Assembly (NCBI GenBank): GCA_963707025.1
Contig: CAVPOM010000004.1
Location: 352,001-416,000, forward strand
From: an uncultured Verrucomicrobiae bacterium
GTDB lineage: Bacteria > Verrucomicrobiota > Verrucomicrobiia > Limisphaerales > Palsa-1400
Direction: 5' to 3'
Length of the DNA: 64,000 nt
The notes under the pieces were generated by a model. It was not told the origin of the DNA, searched no databases, and saw only the letters and a list, made by a program, of their open reading frames with translations. Below are positions 39,542-48,091 of this stretch, one piece after another. Numbering within the stretch: the stretch's first letter is position 1; each line of letters opens with the position of its first letter. Both the position numbers and the translations under genes were made by a program.

Positions 39542-39570
39542 AATATAACAGGGCAAAGGCGGGTTGACAA
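39542..39570 (-). promoter_or_regulatory. rnpB promoter
   Basis: TTGTCA-17 bp-TATATT on the minus strand immediately upstream of P1. Confidence 0.7.
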
Positions 39571-39582
39571 CTCCATCCCCGC

Positions 39583-40311
39583 TTAATCAATCGCGGCCAG
39601 GTCCATGTCGCTGCTGTAATAGAGGATGCGGCCGCAGTTGGGGCAGGTGACCAATTCGCGCTCCGCCTGGCAGGCCACCATCAGTTGCACGGGAAATTTC
39701 ATGTGGCATCCGCCGCACACGCCGTGCTGGATGCCCACCACCACGCTGCCGCCCTTCATTTTCAGAAGGCGTTCGTAACGTTGCAAGGCGTGGCCGTCCA
39801 CCGCCCCTTTGGCCTGGTCGCGATGGCTTTCCAATTCGCCCAGTTCGGCGGTGAGGATTTGCTCGCGGGCGGCCAAATCGCGGAGCTGGCCGTCGGCCAG
39901 TCTTTTCAACTCCTCCGCCTGGCGGCTGCCCGCCAGGAGCTCGCGCTGGGTCGCTTCGGCCTGTTCCATCAATTCCAACTGGGCGTCCTCCAGCTTGACG
40001 ATTTCGGCGTTGCAGGTCTGGATCTCGTGGGCCAGGGCTTTGTATTCCTCGTTCTTCTTGGTTTGAAACTGTTGCAGGGAATACCGGCCGATCTGCTGCT
40101 TTTTGGCATCCGCTTCCAGTTCCCGCTGTTTGCGTTCGCTTTCGATTTGTTTGCCGCGCGCCTTGGCGGCGTCCACGGCGGCCAGGGTGGCGGCGGTTTG
40201 CGAGCGGAGCGTCTCGCGCTCCGGCCCGAGGCGGGCCAACTGCTCCCGCACCTGCATAATTCTTCGATCCCGGTCTTGCAAAATGAGGAGTTTTTCTATA
40301 ATATCATACAT
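39583..40311 (-). CDS. Coiled-coil protein with C4 zinc ribbon (CT398/HP0958-like)
   Basis: Long coiled coil, CGGCH...CPNCGRILY. Confidence 0.9.
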   Translation of the reverse strand: MYDIIEKLLILQDRDRRIMQVREQLARLGPERETLRSQTAATLAAVDAAKARGKQIESERKQRELEADAKKQQIGRYSLQQFQTKKNEEYKALAHEIQTCNAEIVKLEDAQLELMEQAEATQRELLAGSRQAEELKRLADGQLRDLAAREQILTAELGELESHRDQAKGAVDGHALQRYERLLKMKGGSVVVGIQHGVCGGCHMKFPVQLMVACQAERELVTCPNCGRILYYSSDMDLAAID

Positions 40312-40433
40312 GGCATATCCGTTCGTCTGGAAAGAAAACGTTATCTGTCGCTGGAAGGCATGTCAATGGAGACGCGAGTTTTTCCGGCGTGTTCGCCGTG
40401 CAGGAACCAGTGGAAACGGGTTGCAGTGAAATT

Positions 40434-41933
40434 ATGAACCGATCCAAAGCAGCGGTTTTGTTGGCCCTTGTCGCCGCCTTCATCGCGGGGTGCATCATGC
40501 CCAACCGGAAGGCCGACCCGCCCGCCCCGGCCCCGCAGGCGGAATTGCCCGGCCTGAATGTGGCCCGCCAGCTCAATGAAGCCTTCGTCGCGGTCGCCGA
40601 AAGGGTGTCCCCTTCGGTGGTGGTGTTGGAGGTGACGGAAAAGCCGGCGCGGGGGCGGCGCGGGGGCTATCGGCCCCGTTCCATGGGCGAGGGATCGGGC
40701 ATTATTGTGACCAAGGACGGTTATATTTTGACCAACCATCACATCGTGGATAATGCCGACAAGATCAGGGTGTGGCTCAAAGATGGCCATTCCTTTGTCG
40801 CAGAGGTCAGAGGAACGGACCCCAAAACCGACATTGCCGTGGTGAAGATCAATCCGGCCGGCGTCAAATTGCAGGCCGCCACACTGGGCGATTCGGACAA
40901 ACTGCGGGTGGGTGAATTTGTCGTGGCCATCGGCCATCCGTTGGAGTTGACCTACAGCGTAACGGTGGGCCACGTCAGCGCCATTGCCCGGCAGCTTCCC
41001 ACCGATTCCTATGCCAACACCACCGACGACCAGGAATACATTCAAACCGACGCCGTGATCAATCCCGGCAACAGCGGCGGGCCGCTCATCAACCTCAACG
41101 GCGAGGTCGTTGCCGTCAACGCCATGATGGAAGGCTACACCGACCCCATTTCCGGCTTCACCCAAAACCGCGGCATCGGCCTGGCCATCCCGATCAACGA
41201 GGCCAAGGTGGTCAAGGACCGTTTGATCAGCGACGGCAAGTTCACCCGCTCCGTCATTGGCATCAGAATGGCCCCGCAATTAAGAGGCACGCTGGATGTT
41301 TTAACTCTGGAAGGCGTCGGTGAAGGCGTGCGCGTGGCCTCGCTCGCCCAGAACGGTCCCGCCGAAAAAGCCGGTTTGAAGACCAACGACCTGATCATCT
41401 CGGTGGACGGAACGCCCGTGAGAACCGCGCGGGACTTGCGCAATACTGTGGCGCTCAAAAAGCCCGGCCAAAGCATCACCGTCAGCGTGCGGCGCGACAA
41501 CGGCGCCAAACTCCTTCCCTTCAAAGTGGTTACCGAGGCGGACGCCCCCGCGGAAGAAACCCTGGTCTCCATCTCCTCAGGCCGGCCCAGCCCTCCCAGC
41601 CCTCCCAGCCAGGTGGAGCGCAGTCCGGAACAGGACTATGGTTTTTCGGCCAGGGCTTTGACCGAGGACTTGGCGGCGCGATACGGGGTCGAAAGCACCT
41701 CGGGCGTCATTATCACCGACGTGCTGCCTTTCGGCCAGGCCTTCTACCGGGAAATCGAGCCGGGCGACATCATCACCAAGATGAACAACCAGAAAATCTC
41801 CACCATCAAAGAGTTTAACCAGGTTCTCAATGCCGTCGCCCCGGGCGATCAGTTGACCATGGAGTTGAAACGCAAGGACGGCTCTGAACCGTTCAAAGTG
41901 TTGAGCGCCCCCGCGCGCGCACCCCAGCAGTGA
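40434..41933 (+). CDS. HtrA/DegQ serine protease with two PDZ domains (possible lipoprotein)
   Basis: TNHH, DIAVVK, QTDAVINPGNSGGPL. Confidence 0.95.
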   Translation: MNRSKAAVLLALVAAFIAGCIMPNRKADPPAPAPQAELPGLNVARQLNEAFVAVAERVSPSVVVLEVTEKPARGRRGGYRPRSMGEGSGIIVTKDGYILTNHHIVDNADKIRVWLKDGHSFVAEVRGTDPKTDIAVVKINPAGVKLQAATLGDSDKLRVGEFVVAIGHPLELTYSVTVGHVSAIARQLPTDSYANTTDDQEYIQTDAVINPGNSGGPLINLNGEVVAVNAMMEGYTDPISGFTQNRGIGLAIPINEAKVVKDRLISDGKFTRSVIGIRMAPQLRGTLDVLTLEGVGEGVRVASLAQNGPAEKAGLKTNDLIISVDGTPVRTARDLRNTVALKKPGQSITVSVRRDNGAKLLPFKVVTEADAPAEETLVSISSGRPSPPSPPSQVERSPEQDYGFSARALTEDLAARYGVESTSGVIITDVLPFGQAFYREIEPGDIITKMNNQKISTIKEFNQVLNAVAPGDQLTMELKRKDGSEPFKVLSAPARAPQQ

Positions 41934-43096
41934 GCAGTTCCCCCGCCGCCCAGCCGCCCGCCCCGCCGGAGGCGGGGAACATCGCCGATATCCGCTCCCA
42001 AACACTGGAAGATTTGCAGGGGCAATTTGCCGCCTGGAAGGAGCCGGCCTACCGGGCGGCGCAACTGCTGGAATGGCTTTACACCCACCGCGCCACCAGT
42101 TGGGACGTGATGACCAATCTGCCTGGGGCCCTGCGCCAGCGTCTGCAACGGGCCTACTCGTTTTATTCGGTGGAGATGGCCCGCCACCAGGGAGCGGGCG
42201 ACACCACGCAAAAATTTTTGTGGCGGCTGGCCGATGGGGCCTTCATCGAAACGGTCCTCATCCCGGCCAGCCCGGGCCTCTACGGGGAGGCGAGCGACCG
42301 CCACACCCTGTGTGTCTCCACGCAAGTGGGTTGCGCTTACGGCTGCCGCTTTTGCGCCAGCGGCCTGGATGGCTGGAAACGCAACCTCCGCCCCAATGAG
42401 GTTGTGGAGCAAGTGCTCGCCGTCGAGCGCTGGCAGGCCGCCCTCCCGCCGGCGCCGCCCGCGGCGCGGCCGGGCGCGCCCGGCGCGCGCCTCGTCAACA
42501 ATCTGGTCATCATGGGCATGGGCGAACCGCTGGCCAATTATGAAAACCTGCTCCGGGCCTTGCGCATCCTCAACGCGCCCTGGGGCGGGGGCATCGGCGC
42601 GCGCCGCATCACCATCTCCACCAGCGGCCTGGCCCCGCAAATCCGCCTGCTGGCCGACGAGCCGCAACAATTCCGCCTGGCCATCTCCCTGCATGGCGCG
42701 ACCGATGAGACCCGCGGACGAATCATGCCTGTCAATAAAAAGTATCCCCTGGCCGAACTCGCCGCCGCCGCCCGCTATTACCAGGATAAAAAGGGCGGCA
42801 TGATGACGCTGGAATACATTCTCATCGCCGGGGTCAACGACGGCTTGGACCAAATCAAGCCGCTGGCCGCGTTGGCCCGCCGTCTGGCCGCCAAGGTCAA
42901 TCTCATTCCTTACAATAAGGTGGAGGGGCTGGCCTGGCAGCGCCCGCCGGAGGCCGCACAGGAAAAGTTCCTGGCCGCCTTGGAGCGCGAAAAAATTCCC
43001 GCCACCCTGCGCCGCGAGAAGGGCCACGACATTGACGCCGCCTGCGGCCAGCTTCGGCTGAAAACCGAACAGGAATTACGCGGCGTCGCATCGTGA
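41930..43096 (+). CDS. rlmN: Dual-specificity RNA methyltransferase RlmN
   Basis: CAYGCRFC, MGMGEP, DIDAACGQL. Confidence 0.96.
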   Translation: MSSSPAAQPPAPPEAGNIADIRSQTLEDLQGQFAAWKEPAYRAAQLLEWLYTHRATSWDVMTNLPGALRQRLQRAYSFYSVEMARHQGAGDTTQKFLWRLADGAFIETVLIPASPGLYGEASDRHTLCVSTQVGCAYGCRFCASGLDGWKRNLRPNEVVEQVLAVERWQAALPPAPPAARPGAPGARLVNNLVIMGMGEPLANYENLLRALRILNAPWGGGIGARRITISTSGLAPQIRLLADEPQQFRLAISLHGATDETRGRIMPVNKKYPLAELAAAARYYQDKKGGMMTLEYILIAGVNDGLDQIKPLAALARRLAAKVNLIPYNKVEGLAWQRPPEAAQEKFLAALEREKIPATLRREKGHDIDAACGQLRLKTEQELRGVAS

Positions 43097-43145
43097 CGGC
43101 CTTTCCCCGGGACGCCTGGCCATTTCAAGGGTCTTCGGCGAACGT

Positions 43146-43961
43146 CTATCTGGTGGCCGGTTGGGCGAAGCGGCGCAAGTATTTTGTGGCGACGGTGAGG
43201 TCTTTGGGCCAAGGGGCGGTGATCCTGATTTCCGCGCCGGTGACGGGATGGGCGATGGTGAGCTGTTCGCAGTGCAGGGCGGCGTCGGAAATCAACGGAC
43301 GCTCGGTTTGGCCCGGTTTAAGACGGTAGCCGGGCTTGAGACTGGACAGGAGCAGGGGAGGGCCGCCATAGATCGGATCGCCGACGATGGGAAGGCGAAG
43401 GTGCTTGAGATGGACCCGGAGTTGATGGGTGCGGTCGGCGCAGGGACGACATTCCAGCAAGAGGCAGCCGGCGGCGGTGAATCTTTCGCGCACGGTGAAC
43501 TCGGTGCGCGAGGGTTTGCCGCTCTTCAGGTCCACCCGCATCACCCCGCTTTGCAGGGGGTGGGGCGCAAGGCTGGCTTCGGCGACGAAGGTGTTTTCCG
43601 TTTTGGAACCGCGCACCAGGGCAACGCAGGTTTTGTGCGGCCTGGCCGAGCCGAATTGGTTGGCGAGGGCCACCAGCGCGGGCTTGTTTTTGGCCAGAAG
43701 GATGACGCCGGTGGTGGCGGCATCCAGGCGGTGCGCGTTCATCAACCAGCCCAGGCCGCGCTGTTTGGCCCAAGGCGCGCCCCGCTCCATGCCGCCGTGC
43801 AGCATCTTCATCAGGCTGGGCCGGTCCGGATCGGCACGTTCCGGGGAGACGGGCAGGCCGGCGGGTTTGTTCAAGGCCAGCAGGTGATCGTCCTCCCAAA
43901 GAACGGGAATCGCCCAGAATTGCCCGGTCTCCGGCGAGGAAAGTCTGATGGGCCCGGCCAC
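43146..43961 (-). CDS. RluA family pseudouridine synthase
   Basis: LNKPAGL, HRLDAATTG, RTHQLRVH, GDPIYG. Confidence 0.9.
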   Translation of the reverse strand: MAGPIRLSSPETGQFWAIPVLWEDDHLLALNKPAGLPVSPERADPDRPSLMKMLHGGMERGAPWAKQRGLGWLMNAHRLDAATTGVILLAKNKPALVALANQFGSARPHKTCVALVRGSKTENTFVAEASLAPHPLQSGVMRVDLKSGKPSRTEFTVRERFTAAGCLLLECRPCADRTHQLRVHLKHLRLPIVGDPIYGGPPLLLSSLKPGYRLKPGQTERPLISDAALHCEQLTIAHPVTGAEIRITAPWPKDLTVATKYLRRFAQPATR

Positions 43962-43962
43962 G

Positions 43963-45720
43963 CTAACCTGAGGATGGCGGGGCTTCTGCGGCGGCGGGCT
44001 TGGCCGCCTCGTGGACATGCACATGCATTTCCTGGTTTAACCAGATGCCGAAGGCGGCCGATTGGCGCAGTTCGCGCTGCGAGACGAGAAAGGCCGGCAA
44101 ATCCCGCTGCACGATGGACTCGTCCACGGGGGTCCGCCCCTTGAGATAGATGACGAATCCGTCGGCGGCGGGCTGCTCAAAAGGAGCAATCTGGCCCACC
44201 GGCAATTGATAGGCAATTCCCTTGATGTAATCAAATTCATTCTCGTCCTGGATTTCGGGAATGGCCTTGGTCTCATGACTAAAGGGCGTGAGGATTTGCG
44301 GCTTGATTTTCTGCTCCGCGCAAATGTCGTCGAAACTCAGGCCCTTGGCCAGGCCCTCCCGGGCCACCGCTTCGAAATTGGTGCCGGCGTGGATGGCCAG
44401 GTCCATGGCTTTTTGGTTGCGATAATCCTCGATCACCCTGGCGCGGACGGCTTCGAGCGGCTGGTTTTCACTGGGCAATTTGCGCTCCAGCACGACGAGG
44501 AAAAAACCGTTGGTGGCCGGGACCAGCTTGTACTGGTCGTCAGGATCGCTGGTGTCCAAATGAAAGATCATATCCAGATACACAGGGGGGATTTGCATCT
44601 CCTTGGGCGGGTTCTGCTCGTCGAAGGGCGGGGGGGTGACCACGCTCAGCCCGTTGCTGGCGGCGAACTTCTCCAGCTCATCCCGGGTGATGAGCTGATT
44701 GGTAGCGGGCGCATTGGTGGCGGGCGCATTGGTGATGAGTTGATTCTTTTTTCGGCTGTCAAAAAACAACTGGGTCAGTTGCATGGCGTTGGTGCGGGCG
44801 GCCTCCGCGCTTCTCTGCAGGCGGTAATTCTCCTTCATTTTGGCCTTGGCCGCCTCGGCGCTGAGTGGATTGCCCGCCTCGTCCTTCCAGGACGCCGCGT
44901 CCTGGCTCAGGTATTTTTGTTCGATGAGGCTGTCCAGATTAGACGTTCCCGCCATGATGGTGTCGGCGATGGCCAGGTAATTGCTCGGATTAAACTGGAT
45001 GTAGTCAATCTGTTCGCGGTCGGGCAGGCGGTAGGCGGCTTGTCGTTTGACGTATAAATCCTGGATGTCCTGCTCGGTGGGGACGATTTGGGCCGTGTAA
45101 TTGGTCAGGGGAAAACGGGCCAGCTCGACCGACATGGATTCATGGTCGCGCCGGAAGAAGGATTCCACTTCCTTGGAGGTGATGAGTTCCCCGTTCATGC
45201 CGTAAAGCTCGATTAAAATCTTCATGCCCACTTGATCGCTCACCCAGTGATAAAAGTCATCCTCGCTCACTTTGCCCTTGTCGTTGAGATCATTTCTGAC
45301 AAACTCCTCAAACTTGTCCTTGGACAAGGTTTGGCCCGGCTGAACGCGGAAGATCTTCCGGGTCAACTCGGCCGTCGCTTCCACCGGCACGTCCAGATCC
45401 ATTTCTTTGAGCTTGGCCGCGATGTAGAGTTGCCGGAAGGCCAGGCCCGTCAACTGCTGCGTGGTCTCCTCGGAGGTGGCCGGCCAGCGTCCCGTCATCA
45501 TAAACATGGCCACTTTGGCCTCCCGCATAGCCGCATCGAATTGGGGCTGGCCGACCGGTTCGCCATCAATCGTCCCGGCCGCAACGGACGGGCCGGAACC
45601 GCCGCCGCCGCCGCCGCCCCGGTTGGCGTTGGGCGTCAGGTAGTAAACAAAGGTAACGATGGTCGCGACGATGATGATCCACATGACCGTCTTGTGATGC
45701 CGCCGAAATGCATTGGTCAT
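43963..45720 (-). CDS. SurA N-terminal/PpiD-like periplasmic chaperone
   Basis: N-terminal TM, helical chaperone domain, PLEAVRARV motif. Confidence 0.8.
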   Translation of the reverse strand: MTNAFRRHHKTVMWIIIVATIVTFVYYLTPNANRGGGGGGGSGPSVAAGTIDGEPVGQPQFDAAMREAKVAMFMMTGRWPATSEETTQQLTGLAFRQLYIAAKLKEMDLDVPVEATAELTRKIFRVQPGQTLSKDKFEEFVRNDLNDKGKVSEDDFYHWVSDQVGMKILIELYGMNGELITSKEVESFFRRDHESMSVELARFPLTNYTAQIVPTEQDIQDLYVKRQAAYRLPDREQIDYIQFNPSNYLAIADTIMAGTSNLDSLIEQKYLSQDAASWKDEAGNPLSAEAAKAKMKENYRLQRSAEAARTNAMQLTQLFFDSRKKNQLITNAPATNAPATNQLITRDELEKFAASNGLSVVTPPPFDEQNPPKEMQIPPVYLDMIFHLDTSDPDDQYKLVPATNGFFLVVLERKLPSENQPLEAVRARVIEDYRNQKAMDLAIHAGTNFEAVAREGLAKGLSFDDICAEQKIKPQILTPFSHETKAIPEIQDENEFDYIKGIAYQLPVGQIAPFEQPAADGFVIYLKGRTPVDESIVQRDLPAFLVSQRELRQSAAFGIWLNQEMHVHVHEAAKPAAAEAPPSSG

Positions 45721-46021
45721 ATTATGCCTTCAATTGCTTTAAAACTTTGCAAGCCACCAGAGTAGCTGCCGCGCGGGGGCATGGTCAAACGCAAAAAGGC
45801 GGCTGCGGACTCGATCCCCAATCATAAGCGGCTTTTCCGCGAGCGAGGTCGTCTCGACCGCATCCGCCGGTGTCCGGCAGGCGGAACCTTTCCTCCGAAA
45901 CTGGCCCGCCTGTTGGGTGAGTCCGCAAGCACCTCGCTAATGATTCGGGCTATGCAAGGTTTGGCGCTGGAGATTTTGACCTGCCCCGGTAGATTAAGCT
46001 AGGCGCAGAGCCAAACATAAT

Positions 46022-47848
46022 ATGAATAACAAGCACGCAAATGAACCGGTTCATCCCAGGGAACAGCGCGGTGCGCGGCTGCTGCGGCCCCGGCGCTTGC
46101 TCCGGGTGCTGACGTGCGTGGGTGTGTTGGCTGGGATGGCCGGGCATCTGCGGGCGGCCACGTACGTGGTTGATCAGGCCGCCCCCGGCGCGGCCGACAC
46201 CAATCCGGGAACCGGGGAGCAGCCTTTCAAAACCGTGCAGCACGCCGCCGACATCGCCAAGCCGGGCGACACCGTCTACGTCATGGCGGGCCAGTACGAC
46301 GAACGGGTCAGGGTCAGGACCGGCGGCATGGAGGGCCAGCCGGTCGCCTTCGTGGCCATGCCCCGGCGCTCGGCCACCGTGGGCGGCTTCGACCTGGGCG
46401 CAAGTTACATCCGCGTGGAAGGCTTCGAGATCACGGCCGGCCGGCCCGCCACCGCCTTCCAACTGCGCGCCAGCCACTGCGAAATCCTCGACAACTACAT
46501 CCACGACATGATGGTGGGCGTCAACAGGACGACCGGCAAGCCGGCCGCCGATGGCACTCGCGATTACTCCGCGGTGGCGCACAACCGCATCGCCTATAAC
46601 AAGGTTTACCACAGCGAGTACGGCTTCGTTCTGGGCGGGGACGACTGGCTGGCGGAGAACAACGAAGTCAACCGCCTCTTCATGTACGCCTCGGGCAACA
46701 AAAACGACGACTGCGATTACTCCCGCTTCTTCGGCAAGGGCTGCATCGAGCGTTACAATTACTATCACGGCAGCACCCAGCAGGAAATCAAGACGGCCCA
46801 TGTGGATTGCCTCCAGACCTTCTGCGTCAACGGCGAGGTCGCGACGGACCTGCTCTTCGAGTACAACACCTGTTTTGACTTCCACCAGATGTGCATGGTG
46901 GAGAGCACTCCCCACCTCGGCAGCGTGCGGAACTGGACCTTCCGCCACAACATCGCCTCCCCCAATTCCCCCTCCATGCGCGGCGGCTGGGGCCCGGACA
47001 TCATTCAGACCCTCGACGTGACCATCGAGAACTGCACCATCTCCACAGTCAATTGGGCCGCCATCGGCCTGCGCGGCAAGGAATCCACCGGCGGGCTGAT
47101 CCGCAACAACATCCTCTGCGAGGCCGAGCGGGCCGTCGTGGACGGCGACAACGACTTCTCCGCGGCCAACCCGGTCATGGAGTACAACCTGACCTTCAAG
47201 ACCGCGCCGCTCGCGCGCGGGACCAACCTCAACGGCCAGGACCCGCTCTTTGTGGACCCGCAGAAGCGGGATTTCCGCCTGCGCAAAGGCAGCCCGGCCA
47301 TCGGGGCGGGCAAGGGCGGCGTGACCATCGGTGCTCTGGAGTACCCCAACATTTATTACGTGGATCCTCGTCATCCCGCCGCCGCGGATGAGCCGGCGTG
47401 GGGCTATCCGGCCGTGCCGCTGGCCACTCTGTCCAAGGCTTGCGCCCTCGCCCAGCCGGGAGAAACCATCCTCCTCCGGGGCGGAATATACCGCGAGCTT
47501 CTGGCCCCAAAAAACGACGGCGTCACCGTTCGCGCCATGAAAGGCGAGAAAGTGGCGATCAGCGGTGCCGACCTGATCGAAGGCTGGCAGCGCGAGGCCG
47601 ACGGCAGTTGGTCGGCGCCGTTGCCCGCCGGGCCAAAGAAACTCCTGCGCGACCGCCAGCTCTGGACCCAGTTCAGCTATAACCAGCCAGCCCGGCGAAT
47701 CATGTTAAAGTCCGGCGGCGACCCCCGCCTTCACCTCTTCGAGACAGTCCTGCGCGAGCAGCCCATCGCCCTGGCCGGCCACAAGGACGTGAAAATCGAG
47801 GACATCACAGTAGTTGACACTTTAAAGGCGGCAGCCCCTAACCAATGA
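46022..47848 (+). CDS. Secreted right-handed beta-helix protein with two DUF1565-like modules
   Basis: YVVDQ...PFKTVQHA...PGDTVYV at the N-terminus, repeated as YYVDP...ATLSKA...PGETILLRGG; DPLFVD...DFRLRKGSPAI. Confidence 0.85.
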   Translation: MNNKHANEPVHPREQRGARLLRPRRLLRVLTCVGVLAGMAGHLRAATYVVDQAAPGAADTNPGTGEQPFKTVQHAADIAKPGDTVYVMAGQYDERVRVRTGGMEGQPVAFVAMPRRSATVGGFDLGASYIRVEGFEITAGRPATAFQLRASHCEILDNYIHDMMVGVNRTTGKPAADGTRDYSAVAHNRIAYNKVYHSEYGFVLGGDDWLAENNEVNRLFMYASGNKNDDCDYSRFFGKGCIERYNYYHGSTQQEIKTAHVDCLQTFCVNGEVATDLLFEYNTCFDFHQMCMVESTPHLGSVRNWTFRHNIASPNSPSMRGGWGPDIIQTLDVTIENCTISTVNWAAIGLRGKESTGGLIRNNILCEAERAVVDGDNDFSAANPVMEYNLTFKTAPLARGTNLNGQDPLFVDPQKRDFRLRKGSPAIGAGKGGVTIGALEYPNIYYVDPRHPAAADEPAWGYPAVPLATLSKACALAQPGETILLRGGIYRELLAPKNDGVTVRAMKGEKVAISGADLIEGWQREADGSWSAPLPAGPKKLLRDRQLWTQFSYNQPARRIMLKSGGDPRLHLFETVLREQPIALAGHKDVKIEDITVVDTLKAAAPNQ

Positions 47849-48091
47849 CTTACTTTTCGTGAGGCGTGAAGCCCACGCCATCCCGGTTTCCCTCTTCCCA
47901 GGGAATTAGCCAACATGGCGAAGGAAGGGTAGCTCATTAAAGGGGTCCTCGCAATGCCGCATTTATGCTTGACCTGCCTGGCCGGGTGGTTCAGCCCGCC
48001 TTGGCGCGCCGGGACAGGGCCGGGCGCAGCATGGCAATCATCACTCGAGGCATAATTCTGCATTCTGCATTCTTCATTCTGCATTTCTCTG

